From Squalus acanthias (lineage: Eukaryota), in assembly GCA_030390025.1 (NCBI GenBank), contig CM059432.1, positions 24,554,001 to 24,618,000 of the forward strand: a stretch of 64,000 nt of DNA, written 5' to 3'. Both the position numbers and the translations under genes were made by a program. Positions 22,721-36,330 of the stretch are shown here, in pieces. The notes beneath the pieces are model-generated. The model was not told where the DNA came from, did not search any database, and saw only the letters and a list, made by a program, of their open reading frames with translations. Each line of letters opens with the position of its first letter. Position 1 is the stretch's first letter.

Positions 22721-25700
22721 TGTTCATACTAATGTAGTACTTTTTGAAGTAACAGTTGTAATGTAGGGAAATGTGGCAAGCATTATGAACATATGACCAA
22801 AATCATTAATACTTTATTTTATCATGTATATTCAAATAGCCTAATATTTTCATTCTTGGTATTATTAACTTATGCAGTTTAACATATTATTATGGTTTCT
22901 ACAAATCTAAATACAGTTTGAGAGTTTTCGCTTAATTTGTGTTTTCCCACACATCTCAGTCAGAAGAATTAACACTTCAGTGCATTTTGATCATACGGTG
23001 CCTCGTAAGGTGCCTTAGAATACAGTAAGATGTTAATCCCCCTTGAATTGATCCATATGAAAATGGCACTCCCATCAATCTCAGTATAAGTAACTTCAAG
23101 TTATGACTGCTGCCATATTATATCCCAGGAGGTGGGTCTGAAGATGTGGCAATTCTCTGACAGGCTGACTGAAAATAGCTGCTATGTCTTGTGAGTGGTA
23201 AAGCTGGCACATAGACTGATAATTTTATCACATGGAAATCATACTGCTTGTACAGCAATTGATGAGCGATCTGATGGGGTTCCTTGAAATAGCCAGTCAT
23301 TGAGGTACGAGCGTTCACAGAAGCATAAGACGTTTACAGCACAGAGGAGGCTATTCGGCCTATTGTGTCTGTGCTGGCTCTATGCTGGAGCAATCCAAAA
23401 CTAAGCCCACTGCTTTGCTCTCTCCCCATAGCCCTGTACCTCCCTCTGCTTCAAATGTTCATCTACTCTTCCCTTAAAAGATGCAATAGTCCCTGCCTCA
23501 AATACTCCCTGTGGCAAAGCAATCCGTGTTCCAACAACTCTGCATAAAGAAATTTCTCAGAACCTCTCTCCTCACTCTTTTACTGACGACCTTCCTATTC
23601 TAAAAATGCTGCTGTATAGCATAGGAGGAAACAAAGCAGCATGGATACAAAGCTATTTGACGGACAGGAAGCAAAGGATTAAGGTTACAGCTACTTCCTT
23701 TCCTTTATCTACACAATGAGTTACTTCAAAAACTTTATTACGTTTGTCAAGCATGACTTGCCTTTAACAAATCTATGCTGACTGCTCTTGATTATCCCAT
23801 GCATCGCTAAATGCTCACTAATTTGCTCATCTAGACATTCGGGTCATAAGTGAGTGACTATGGCTACAACTGAGACACAGTGAAGAATCGCAGCCAGATC
23901 CAAAGCAAAAACAGCAGCATATTATATTGGCAATTTCATTTGGCACTGTACTGGCAAAGATGTTATCAAGAATATTGTTACAGCAGAGAATGACAGAACG
24001 AGGAACCACTGTCCTAAGATCTGCAAATGTAAAGGGTTTAAAGATTAAATTTAAACATTATTGTCCCGATAAAATAATTAGGTTACTTTATTAAACGTTT
24101 GTCAATATATATTGCATTTATCTTTAAATTAGAAACAACGAACACGCAACACATCACACTAATTGGCTATGCAGTAACTATGACAACTATAATACCTAAT
24201 TAAAAAGCACAGCAGATTTCAGGCAATCAGTTTTTCTTTTTATCTATGAGCACAGCAAATCTATTTGTAACAGAATTTGTAAAATGTTCAACCAAGGGTC
24301 AATTTGATGGCTGATAATACAAATAAATATTTAAAAATAAATTTAAGGAATGGAACAGATTCTACTGATAACATAAGCAAATAGAAAACTGAGGATGAAA
24401 ATAGCTTTAAGGAGGAGTAAGCAGATAGAGGAGACAAGAATATAAATTTGTAGATAAAGTGAGCTTTTGGTTTGCATATTGGAGTTGAATTTAATTAAAA
24501 CTGCCTTTTCTGTGTGTGCACTAGTGACTATGTGTCATGGACAAGCTCAATAATAATTTGAGCAAAGCAAGCTTAGTAAGATCACTAGGGTTGGAAAGTG
24601 GGCCTGAGCTAATTACTTGTGGGTTCTATTTGATGCCAAGTGGATGAAGACTTACAAGGGAAGTTAAACAGAGTGACTTTTCTCCACTGAAAATGCTTTC
24701 TCTTCGGGCGAAGAGGAGTAGATTTTCCTCTTCTGCTGTAATGGGAGATCTTTGGTGGAGCGATACTCCGCCTCCCTCTTACTGCGCTCCTCATCCTGGG
24801 CCAGTTGCTGGGGTCAGGGTAAGTTACCCATGACGGCAGGCACTGAGGCCATTGACAACACTGCTGGGGTACAGGCCTCAGGTGGGTGAGGAGCAGGGAC
24901 ATCGCTGGCACGCCTGCCACAGTGTAGCATGGCGGGCAGAGCCGTCTGAAGATTAACAACTTCTTTGGAAATCTCCTGCTTTGGTGAAGGCTCTGGGATC
25001 AATTGCATTAGTCAAATCAGCCCTTTACATTTGAAAAACTCCCCTCCATCTCCTTGGAAATTATAGGCATTGGAATGTAACACCTTTTCAGAGTATTACT
25101 AAAGTGTTAATGAAGAAAAATACATTGGATGGCTTATTGCCTACATTTCCCTTGAATACACCTGCTGTCACGCCCGGAACAAAATCCCAGAAGTGGCGGG
25201 GACCGGCAGCAGATCTTTGGAGTGGCTCTTTATATGATTTCCCTTTCCCCATCTGCCCTGAAACAGGCGGTAAAGGGGAAGAAAGTCTAGCCCAACATGA
25301 ACCTTCTCTGTGACAGGCTAAAGTCACGTGGATGTTTTCACTTTCACATCTATACTTCTGGTAATGAGGCTGAGGGCAGCTGAAGGTTAACTTGAGGTGG
25401 CAGCTATGCAGCTGCTTTACCTGTGGTTCAGGAGGAGTCTACTAAATTCACTGATTTAACAAGCGCTGGGAGTGGTGCTGAGGGACAGGACAGGGGGCAG
25501 CGTGGACTGTCAGTCACGAGCACAGTCAAGTGGACATTGACTGCAAAACGCTGACTGTTTAAGTGAAGTGTAGACATTTAGCATGTATGTAACACTTAAG
25601 TAAGTATCTATCTCCCTTTGCAACACTTTAGTTGATTCTACATGAATGGACAGTGCATTCGACATTCCATCAACCAGAAGGAGAAAGGCCAGAATGGAAA

Positions 25701-26799
25701 ATTGTGGTGCGTGGGGCAACAAACAGTGAGTAAAAAAGAGCAGATCAGATGTAGAATGATGATTGACGGAGAATGATGGCAAGATCAAATTAAGGGGATC
25801 AGATGTCATCATAAACCGCAGGAAAGATGTAAGAGTCTGAATGTAACCTGACCCGTGGGATTATATAACAGTCTTGTAGTTGAATTGCTTTGGCAATGTT
25901 ATTAACAATATGTTGTAGATGTATCAATACATTTTTAGGGTTTCTTTTTCAGTGGTATTGTGCTTGGCAGTGAGTTAAAGAAGCTGTGGACAAGTGTCAC
26001 TTCTGGTTTGACAATTTTCTTAGGTCCTTTTTCTGCACTTCTCCCTGAAAGGCCCTGGCTGATGGTAAGGTCTGGTTTCACAGGTGCCAAAAAGCTCCTG
26101 GAACTCCTTCAAAGTGGCCATTTTTCGCGTGCGCGCATGACCAGGGAAAGAAACCTGAGCAGAATAATGGAAGGATGCGAATCCTGCTTGCCATAAAATA
26201 AAGTGGGCTGGCCCTGCGACATTTTGTGGGGTCGGTATGATTTTGATTTTAGTCTTTGAGTTCCTAGCGGTGGTCCTGCCTGTGACCGAGCGCTTGCCTA
26301 TTGGGCAGGGTGGAAAATTACATGTTGCTGCAGGATTGAAAGCCCAGCAGCAGCTTAAAGTGCTCAGCAGGAAAAGTTGTTTGGGGATTGGCGATTCCGA
26401 AATTGCAAATTCAAAAGTGCCAGCTTTTTTGATTAAAAAAAAAGCAGTGCTTGGAGTTAAATTTGGAAATCAGTAGCTTGTTTCTAGATGAAAGAATTGA
26501 CAGAATAGCTTTGCATACAGTTCTCTCCCTGTTTCCTTTCTTTTAAACTTACACATGTTTGCCTCAGGTCTGCAGGAGGGCTAGACCAGTGAGGCTGAGA
26601 GCCCCCTGTTTCAGCAAGGAAGCGCTCCTCACTGAACCAAGCTCCCTCGGCCTCACTGAACCCCCTTCTTGATGAAACATAGAAACATAGAATCTAGGAG
26701 CAGGAGTAGGCCATTCAGCCCGTCCAGCCTGCTCCACTATTCAATACGATCATGGCTGATCATCCAAATCCAGTACCCTGTCCCTGCTTTAATCCCCAC

Positions 26800-27105
26800 A
26801 GTACACATATCCCACCCTACCCCCGTAACCCCACGTATTTAATTCCCCCTAACATATCCCATCTTATCCCCATAACCCCACATATTTAATCCCCCCCTAA
26901 CACTAAGGGTCAATTTATCATAGCCAAATCAACCTAACCCGCACATTTTTGGACTGTGGGAGGAAACCGGAGCACCCGGAGGAAACCCACGCAGACACAG
27001 GGAGAATGTGCAAACTCCACACAGACAGTCACCCGAGGTCAGATTCGAACCCTGGTCCCTGGCGCTGTGAGGCACCAGTGCTAACCACTATGCCACCGTG
27101 TTGCC
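26800..27105 (-). mobile_element. HE1-like V-SINE with internal duplication, next to a CR1 3' tail (26676-26790)
   Basis: Same sequence as 5948-6264; the ACATATCCC...TAACCCCAC..TATTTAAT..CCCCCTAACA block occurs twice. Confidence 0.85.
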
Positions 27106-27984
27106 CACAGTTTGGAAGAGGAGGGCTGCATTTTTTGGGCTGGGTGAGACACAGGACCCAAAGGAGAGCAGATTGGCATGAGCTGGATAGGGTCGTGAAT
27201 GTCAACAGTGCCACAGTAACTCAGTACCGCCAAAAGTTGAATGATTTTATCAGCGCAGGCAAAGTGAGGGGAGTGAGCAGCACTTAGCAAGAATGCATTG
27301 TGCAAAGCATGTTAGGTACTTACAGTCACCTTCCTTCACTCTTTGTCAAAGTGAAAGAATTGTTTCCAATTCAATACCCAAGACGCAGCAATTTGCACTC
27401 TACAAGCCCAGGCTTCACCTCGAAATGTTCCTTCCTTCACAGCCACACAGGAAATAACCCCATTAAAACCCCATGGACTCCAATTCTATGGCGCATGCAC
27501 CTTTCATTGCACCCATTAAGGGATGCTTGCTGACATCTGGGTTTTGGTGCCTCTCATCATTCTCAAAGGTAATTCTAACTTTTTCAAGATCTATAAAGCG
27601 AGAAATGCCACAGGTAGGGCCTCAACCTATGTCCTTGTCCTCCGACATGAGGAAAAGGTACTGGAGCTCTGCAGAGAGAGGCTCTAGAGGGAGTGGGAAC
27701 CTGTAAAGTTTGAGATCTGTTTCTCTTCCTTCTCATACTATTGTACCTGTCTACAACCAGATTATGAAGCCCACCTGTAACTCCTACTAAAAGTACCATG
27801 AACGTAGCTCCTCAACAACCCATTTTAACCTTTCTTTCTCTGTTCCTCCTCTAACTCTGCCTCACAAACTGGAAGACACGAAGGAGGAGCAAGGAGCAGG
27901 CCCCTCCATATCAGGCGCGCCAGCACATTGACGCACATGTTATCTCTTTCTATCACTCACTCTTTCCCTGTCATGTCTGATTAT

Positions 27985-28485
27985 GGGGTGCGGTAGCATA
28001 GTGGTTATGTTACTGGACTAGTAACCCAGAGACCTGGACTAATAATCCGAGAGACGTGAGTTCAAATCCCACCCTGACAGCGGGGGCATTTAAAATTCAG
28101 TTAATTAAATAAATCTGGAATTAAAAAGCTAGTATCTGTAATGGTGACCATGAAACTACCAGATTGTTGGAAATATCCAACTGGTTCACTAATGCCCTTT
28201 AGGGAAGGAAATCTGCCGTCCTTACCCGGTCTGGTCTATATGTGACTCCAGACCCACAGAAATGTGGTTGACTCTTAACTGTCCTCGGAAATGGCCTAGC
28301 AAGCCACTCAGTTGTATCAAACCGCTACAACAAAATCAGCACTGTGGGAGTACCTTCACCACACGGACTGCAGCGGTTCAAGAAGGCATCTCACCATCAC
28401 CTTTTCAAGGACAATTAGGGATGGGCAATAAATGCTGGCCTTGCCAGCGATGCCCACATCTTGTGAACGAATAAATTTTTAAAAA
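27985..28485 (+). mobile_element. tRNA-derived SINE with LINE-derived tail
   Basis: A box TAGCATAGTGG, B-box-like GAGTTCAAATCC; 3' end matches the LINE end at 35880-36018. Confidence 0.8.
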
Positions 28486-28789
28486 CGCACTAGCTTAAAG
28501 ACTTCTACCTGGGTGGGAATGAGAAAGTGAGGCTGAGGGGAGTGTACAGGGTGATACACAGAGCATGTGTAGACAGGAGGAGCTGGATGGTAGAAGATGA
28601 GGAGGAAGACATTGCTCATCAGAGGGTCAGGAGACTATTGTTCTTTGGTTGAAGGATCTGAGGACACAAATCTCATACGTCCTGCTTTTCAAGGAAGGAT
28701 GTTTGCAAATCATCATTGCAAACACTGGGGATGGTCTTCAAGAACAGTAATCGGAGGAATTCACTACCGGCATCTGCAGTACCATAAAA

Positions 28790-29090
28790 AGACAGAAAGA
28801 CTTGGATTTACATAGCGTCTTTCATGACCTTAGGATGTCTCAGAGCGTTTTCCATCCAATGAAGTACTTTTGAAGTGTAGCCACTGTTGCAATGTGGGAA
28901 ATGTGGTAGCCAATTTGTGCACAGCAAGCTCCCTCAAACAATAATGTGATAATGATCAGACAGTGACACACTTTCTCAGTACTGCATTGGAGTGTCAGCC
29001 TAGATTTTTGTGCTCAGGTCTCTGGAGTACGACTTGAACCCACAGCCTTCTGAGTCAGAGGCAAGAGTGCTACCCACTGGGCCACAGCTC
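28790..29090 (-). mobile_element. Deu-domain SINE, internally deleted
   Basis: Reverse complement of the head and tail of 55652-56110. Confidence 0.75.
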
Positions 29091-30749
29091 ACACTTCTAC
29101 TATGATGGATGGCTTCACAGCACTGGTGGACAATATTAAATTCTGCCAATGATTTCTCGGACTGTTGCCATAGAGACTCTGGGCAACAAATTGGAGAGAT
29201 CTGCCTCTTCTAGCCTCCAAGCAATTGGGGCTGTATATGGTGTCTGACAGAGCATCATTGATCAGTGGCCATGAAAAGCCAGTGCTTGGTAGTAGTGGCA
29301 TGCCAGGAATGTGCTCACATGAAGCTGCTGTCTCTCAGGATGCCATTCACTCAGAGGCCGCTGCAAGGAAAGCAAACATTAACTTGGATGATGGCGTATT
29401 GCTATTGCAGATGAGCTCGGCATTAAGCGAGTGGAATCCTTTCCTGTTGATGTAGGTGATGCAATTGATGAAGGAGGAAGATACCATCATGTGGGTGCTA
29501 ACTATGGCTCCTTGGACCATGAGGATTTCTGCCACTTTCAGAGGCAGTTCAGTGCCCCATCATGCTGCTGCCAATTGTTGATGGAGAAGCTGATGAACTG
29601 GCTAGCTCTAGCAAACAATGTATCGGTGGTTTCTTTCATGCATCTTGCATTGCTGCTTAGCGAATGTTATAGATATCTCCAGGCAGCCTGGAATGGCCCC
29701 ATTCCATAAAAGTTCAGGGCTGTTGAGACTTTCACAGTCACTGGACGTGCAGTGCCTGGGGTGGAATGGGCTGTAGATCAGGCATAACTCCTTTGTGAAG
29801 CTCAGCCTCTGTAAGTACTGCTCCTTTGCCAAGTGCAGGAAGCAGCCTGTATATTTTGGTGTGGGGATACCAATGGACAGGTGCCATGTGCTTTTTGTGC
29901 TTCGCAACCAACTTACTCTGCCTTTGTTGCTCCTCCTCATCTTCCTCCAAAAAAGCAGGATACGGGGGAGTTCCTCAATTGGAAGCCCATTGTGGCCTTA
30001 GTTGAACCCAACAGAAGGGTGGATGGCAGTAGCCAAGACTGAAAAAAAAAGTTAACAACACTGGCTGAGAAAGTAGCTTTTCCGATGTATTTCAAAGTAC
30101 CTCAGTGGCACCTGGCCTGAAGGCAGCAAAGTTAAATAACATACTTACTTAGTTGTGCTGGGAGATGCAGAAGTTCTCTTCCGGGCCCCACAAAGAAAAT
30201 CTGGGCTAATGCTGCCACAGACTGCCCTCCCCCACCTGATAGACCCTGACAAACCCTCCTCCACTTGCGACTTGTCTCTGTGCCAACGCGACAGGCGACC
30301 TCAGGGCCACTAGAACCTTCTCTTCTGCCCGTTGGCCAGTTGCCACCTTCCACCCCTTTAGGATGAGCATCTGACTGACAACATCTAAATGAGGCCTAGG
30401 TGTTGAAATACTCCAAGTCTGAAATTTATGGCAGCGAGTGCGTTTTGCACTTGCCCCACCGCCTCCCCCCCCCCACCAAACCGTCCGATACCCGCTCAGG
30501 GTTAAAACCAATCCTAACTTTTCTGTGGCTCCGCGACATTCCCCACCTTCACCCCTAGCTCTCCCCCACGGTCACTGAGTATTTAGTCCAAACCTTCATC
30601 ACGTCGAGGCTTTGACTTCTCTAGCAGTCAGCCTCAGACATGTACAAATTATTTAAAATGCCCCAGGCAGTATCCTTGCCTGAACAGTCCCACGCTTCCA
30701 TTATCAACATTCTCCCCAAGCCCCAGCAAGTTAACTTCAAAAATGTTCA

Positions 30750-31855
30750 TACTTGCTCGCAAGGCTTCTTCGACAGCACCTCCCAAACCCGCGACCTCTA
30801 ACACCTAGGGGGTGATTTTGCCAATGGGGAGCTTTTGGAGGCGGGACTCCCACTTGTTGAGTTTCAGCCCCGCCGCCATCAGCTTCTGGCCAACCCACGC
30901 TATTTTCCCTTGATTGACCTTGTTAAGCCCGCTCAGCGGCTTTATCAGGCCAATTAAGGGAAAGCCGGTTGCAGAGACAGCTCTGTGAAGCTGTCAAACA
31001 CTGACATTCTCTGTAGTTTGATGAGGTCTTGAATTCAAGACCTCATCAAACCTCTTTCTTTTGCAGAAATGAGATGGTTGTTGCATTGGAGAATGCAACG
31101 ACCATCTGTCATCTCTACCGCGGAGGTGCAAGACTCTCCGCGTACCCACCGATTGAAGCCTGCAGGAAGAAACAAAGGTAAGTACACTTTTTCTAACACT
31201 TTGCACTTACCTCAGATACTCACCTCTCCACACTTGCACCCATCACTCACCTCCACAGCACACTTTTGGACCCCTCCGACCCCCGCAGACCCACTACTCG
31301 CCTTGCTGACCTGGCGGGGTTCGGAGCCTTCGGGAAGCCCGCACTTGTGAGGGCAAAAAGGGGATAATCGTATTTTCTGCCTGTTAACTACCTGTTAACA
31401 GGCAGTTAATAGGCTTTAATCCCTTCCCGCCGCCAAGGAGATGGGACCCGGTGCAGGACGGCTACCCGCCTCCTGGCAAGATGGCATGGAGGCGGGGTGG
31501 GGCGGGTTGGGCACCCGCCCCCAAATTCTGCCATTTTTGCGGCAGTCCCGCCTCCATACCCGTCTCCCCAGGGCTGGCAAAGTCGCCCCCCTAGAAGGAC
31601 AAGTGCAGCAGGCACATGGGAGCACCACCACCTCCAAGTTCCCCTCCAGTTTACACACCATCCTGACTTGTAAATATATCTCCATTCCTTCATCGTCGCT
31701 GGGTCAAAATCCTGGAACTCCCTACCTAACAGCACTGTAGGAGTATCTTCACCACACGGAATGCAGTTCAGCACCACCTTCTCAATTGTAATTAGGGATG
31801 GGCAATAAATGTCAGCCTTGCCAGTGACGTCCACATCCCGTGAATAAATTTTTAA
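30750..31855 (+). mobile_element. LINE 3' fragment split by a MITE
   Basis: Rejoining 30750-30807 to 31594 onward restores the sequence seen at 35690-36018. Confidence 0.8.
30808..31590. mobile_element. 783-bp Harbinger-type MITE
   Basis: TIR GGGGGTGATTTTGCC / GGCAAAGTCGCCCCC; perfect TSD CTA, with the empty site present in the homologous LINE near 35735. Confidence 0.9.
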
Positions 31856-34049
31856 AATCTCCCTATGGACTCATGCCTCCGTAGCAATTTTCTCGAGCTT
31901 TACATCCCCGCACATACCCGGCTGCTTCTCTAACACCAGGCTACTCCTTTGGTGTCTACTCTTCAACCACTACACTCCTATCCTCTGGAACTCTCTGCCT
32001 AGATCCCTCCACCTTACCATCTTCCTCCCCGCTTTCAAAAACTTCCTCAAACCCTTTCTCTTAATCTGAAGTGCTTTGAGATGTTTCCCAGCACATGAAG
32101 AGCATTACAGTGTTGTTGCTTGGGAGTTGTTTATGCCTGACTTGGGAATGCTCGACACCGAGACTAAATTCAATGTTTCATTCCTCAGAAGTGGCATCAT
32201 TCATCTTGAAAAAGTCACAACAGAAAAATAAATCTTCAACGCTGAAAGAGAACGAACTTAAGAGAATCGCAGTATAAGGTGCAGTGAGCACAGCCTATAA
32301 TATATTCTTTGAAGCTTGTGTTATTTGAATGACTTGAATTTAAATATCCGACAACAATATTCAGGCTTAGAAATGGCCGTAGGCATGAAGAATAAGTTCA
32401 TGCTCTATGCTTTTCATGTGCTGTAAACCACACATAAAAACCAAGCTGCGTGAATTGGGTTAAAAAGTTTCATGAGCAGCTGAGCATTGGCCTAATAGCA
32501 AAGCATTTCTCAACAGAAAAGCAAAAAAAAAACAAACAGTGAGTTCCTGTCAAACTGAGGGTGCGAGAAGCAGGGTGATAATGATATGGGATCCACAGTC
32601 TGTGGAGATTTGCTGTCTGAATTGCCATCTCTGGCTTGCAAGTCGGAAATTCAAGATGTAAACAGACTGTGCTCACTTGGCACGAGCTGATATGATGTGT
32701 TGGGCTGCTAATCTGCTGCAAATTCTTTCGTCAGTGCTCAGTTTTCTGAGGTTAAACAGCACTGCGATCTCATTGTGCGGTCATTTTATTATCAGAATTA
32801 TGCTGTGGGGACCCTGTTACGAAAGACAAGGTCACATTCTCCCAGCTGTGTTGGACAGTGCGGTTGCTAATAGTAACAGCATAGAGTTCTTCAATTGGTC
32901 CATTGGTAAAGTCACTACCTGTTGTAGCATGAAGGAATCCAAAAACAACTACTTGCATTTATATAGCGCCTTTAATATAAAAAAAATGTCCCAAGGTGCT
33001 ACACAGAGGCGTAATAAGAAAAAAAAATCCAAACAAGATTCAATCACTGTTATTAAGTTATCATTACTACAATTGGTTTCAGTAACTCTAGCTAGGGATG
33101 GGGGAACAATTAGCCAGTGTTTGTACTCCAAATTTCTATACAGTTATCCCTGCTGGAAAATACATGTGATTGGACATCGGATGAGTCCAAGGTCCAAGAT
33201 TGAGTTTAGCTGTGATGCCCTCTTTAGTTCAATAGCCTGCCAACTCTGTCCATCACACAGACAACAAATGGTTTATGTGTAAGGCTATTGAGGGCTTTGG
33301 AAGAACCCTTAGGGCAAGAGGGGAAAAAGTTGGGGAAAAAATATTAGCAGCATAAAATGTTGCATTCATCATTCCTTCTCCCCTAACTCCATTTATCTCT
33401 CTTTGTCTCCCATCTCACATGGGTAAAATTTCTGTGTCTGAGCAGTAAATTGGTGGCAGCGGTTGGGGCAAGAGTGGCAGACGTGGGTAGGAGTCGACGG
33501 GGGAACTCGTGCAATTTTCCAGGAGGTTCCTCATTAACATGCGGTAAATGAGTTGCCAGCACAAAACGCGTTCCCCATTAGCAGTTCACCGATTTAGAGG
33601 TGGGAAATCCGATGGTGTAGCCGCTTTGCCAGGACATGCAGCAGTAGCTTAAAGGGGAAGTGACTTTTTATTGTGTGGCACAGATAGATGCAACACTGTG
33701 TAGCAACATGAGTTCAGATCCTACAGCAGCAACTAAAAGCCCTTTCAAAACCTTTAATGTGAAAAAACCCACAACCAGCCACAGGAAGAATGTCTCCAAA
33801 AGCTCTGAACAGCTTTACCTGAAAGGAGCTGAGGATCCCTTTAAATATCACTTCAAATGGGCACCTCTCAACTTGTACCACCCTTGGTGGGTGGCGATAG
33901 TCAGGTGGTGAGGAAAGAAAATGATGTCAGGATCTAAATTATGTCACTTCCCCTATTTGCTTGTATTCTTGAGGCCCCCTCCTGGTTCAGCCAGGAGCAC
34001 TGCCCACCAGGATTCATCTCTGCCTGAAAATCGACACAAACATGAAAGC

Positions 34050-34350
34050 AAAAAGAAAGACTTGCATTTCTATAGCGCCTTTCATGACCTCAGTACGTCC
34101 CAAAATGCTTTACAGCCAGTACTTTAGAAGTGTAGTCATGTAGGAAATGCAACAGTCAATTTGCCACACAGCAATGTGATAATGACCAGATAATCTGTTT
34201 TAGTGATGTTGATTGAAGGATAAATATTGGCCAGGACGCCGGGGATAACTCCCCTGCTCTTCTTCAAATAGTGCCATGGGAGCTTTTACATCCCACCTGA
34301 GAGGGCAGAAGGGGCCTCAGTTTAACATCTCATCCAAAAGACGGCACCTC
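34050..34350 (-). mobile_element. Deu-domain SINE fragment
   Basis: Reverse complement of 55775-56110. Confidence 0.75.
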
Positions 34351-34868
34351 AGTAGTTGCTGCTCAAAATTAAAGGCATGCTGCCATTTAAATCCAAGTGG
34401 TTGCATACAGGGGGAAAAATGCTGTTGCCTTTTTCAAGCTTAAAAATGGAGGCAGCAGGTTTCAGCCTTGACAAAGTCTGTAGCTGGGAGCGAATAATGA
34501 GTGGGTGAGGTCAGAAGGACAGACAATGCAATGTGGAGGCACAAAATCACGTGCTGCCACTCAGTGACACCATAAGACATGGCATTACTTTCTACATGTA
34601 CGCTGATGACACCCAGCTGTACCTCTCCACAAATGCCTTGACTCCTCCACTGTCTCTGTGCTGACAGCCTGCTTGTCCGACATCCAGTCCTGGTTGAGTT
34701 ACGATTACATGCAGTTTTACATTGGGAATACCAAAGCCATCGGCTTTGGCTCCCACCACAAAATTAATACCCTCACTACCGATTCCATCCCCCTCTCCGG
34801 CCACTGTCACAGGTTGATGCTAACTGTTTGCAACCTCTGTATCATATTTGATGCGAAGCTGAGCTTTC

Positions 34869-36330
34869 GTAGGAACGTGGGAACAGGAGTAGACCATACA
34901 GGCCCTCGAGCCTGTTCCGCCATTCAATGAAATCATGGCTGATCTGTATCCTAACTTCATTTACCCACCTTGGCTCCATATCCCTTAATAACCTTGGCTA
35001 GCAAAAATCTATCGATCTCAGATTTATAATTATTAATTGACCTAGCATCTATTGCTTTTTGTGGGAGAGAGTTCCACATGTCTACAACCCTTTGCGTGAA
35101 GAAGTGTTTCCTAAAGTCTCTCCTGAATGGCCTGTCTCTCATTTTAAGGTAATCTCTCCTCAGATAATGAAGCAGTCCATGTGCAACTGAAGCAAAACCT
35201 GGATGACATTCAGGCTTGGGCTGATAAGTGGCAGGTAACATTCACGCCATGCAAGTGCCAAGCAATGACTAGCTCCAACAAGTGAGAAACTAACCACGCC
35301 CCTAGACATTCAATGGCATTACCATCACCGAATCCCCCACCATCAACATCTTGGGGGTCACCATTGACCAGAAACTTAACTGGACCAGCCACATAAATAC
35401 AGTGGCAACAAGAGCAGGTCAGAGGCTGGGTATTCTACGGTGAGTGTCTCACCTCCTGACTCCCCAAAGCCTTTCCACCATCTACAAGCCACAAATCAGG
35501 AGTGTGATGGAATACTCTCCACTTGCCTGGATGAGTGCAGCTCCAACAACACCCAAGAAGTTCGACACCATCCAGGACAAAGCAGCCCGCTTGATTGGCA
35601 CCCCATCCACCACCTTAAACATTCACTCCCTGCACCACCGGTGCACCGTGGTTGCAGTGTGTACCATCTACAAGATGCACTGCAGCAACTCGCCAAGGCT
35701 TCTTCGGCAGCACCTCCCAAACTCGCGACCTCTTCCACCTAGAAGGACAAAGGCAGCGTGCGCATGGGAACACCACCACCTCCAAGTTCCCCTCCAAGTC
35801 ACACACCATCCTGACTTGGAAGTATATCGCCGTTCCTTCATCGTCGCTGGGTCAAAATCCTGGAACTCCCTCCCTAACAGCACTATGGGAGTACCTTCAC
35901 CACAAGGACTGCAGCGGTTCAAGAAGGCGGCTCACCATCACCTTCTCAAGGGCAGTTAGGGATGGGCAATAAATGCTGGCCTTGCCAGCGCTGACCACAT
36001 CCCAGGAATGAATAAAAAAAGTCCCTTTGTCCTAGTCTCCCCCACCAGAGGAAAAAGTTTCTCTCTATCTACCGTCAGTTCCTTTCAAAATCCTAAAAAC
36101 CTCAATCAAATCAGCCCTTAACCTTCTATATCCCAAGGAATACAAGCCTAGTTTATGTAATCTCTCCCTTGGAATTTAACCCTTGAAGCCCTTGTAACAT
36201 TCTGATGAATCTGCACTTCACTCCTTCCAAGGCCAATATATCCTTTCTAAGGTGCGGTGCCCAGAATGGTACACAGTACTCCAGATATGGTCTAACCAGG
36301 GTTTGTATAGCTGAAGCAAAACATCCTCCA
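34869..36330 (-). mobile_element. CR1 3' fragment (34869-35150 plus 36021-36330)
   Basis: FFTQRVVDMWNSLP on -; continues after the 35151-36020 insertion. Confidence 0.75.
35151..36020 (+). mobile_element. LINE (CR1/L2 group) 3' fragment
   Basis: ORF YKPQIRSVMEYSPLAW...SFIVAGSKSWNSLP; AATAAA and A-rich end. Confidence 0.85.

Larger units (their letters stand above)
26560..30510. mobile_element. Highly decayed Harbinger copy E, split by SINEs
   Basis: Myb remnants on + (RLRAPCFSKEAL ~26590; WHELDRVVN...QYRQKLNDF ~27170-27260); transposase remnants on - (MVQGAIVSTH, NRKGFHSLNAELIC at 29400-29520). Ends approximate. Confidence 0.7.

Noticed and set aside
32677..33282. 201-aa ORF
   Set aside because: Non-ATG start, crosses repeat fragments and has no protein-like features.
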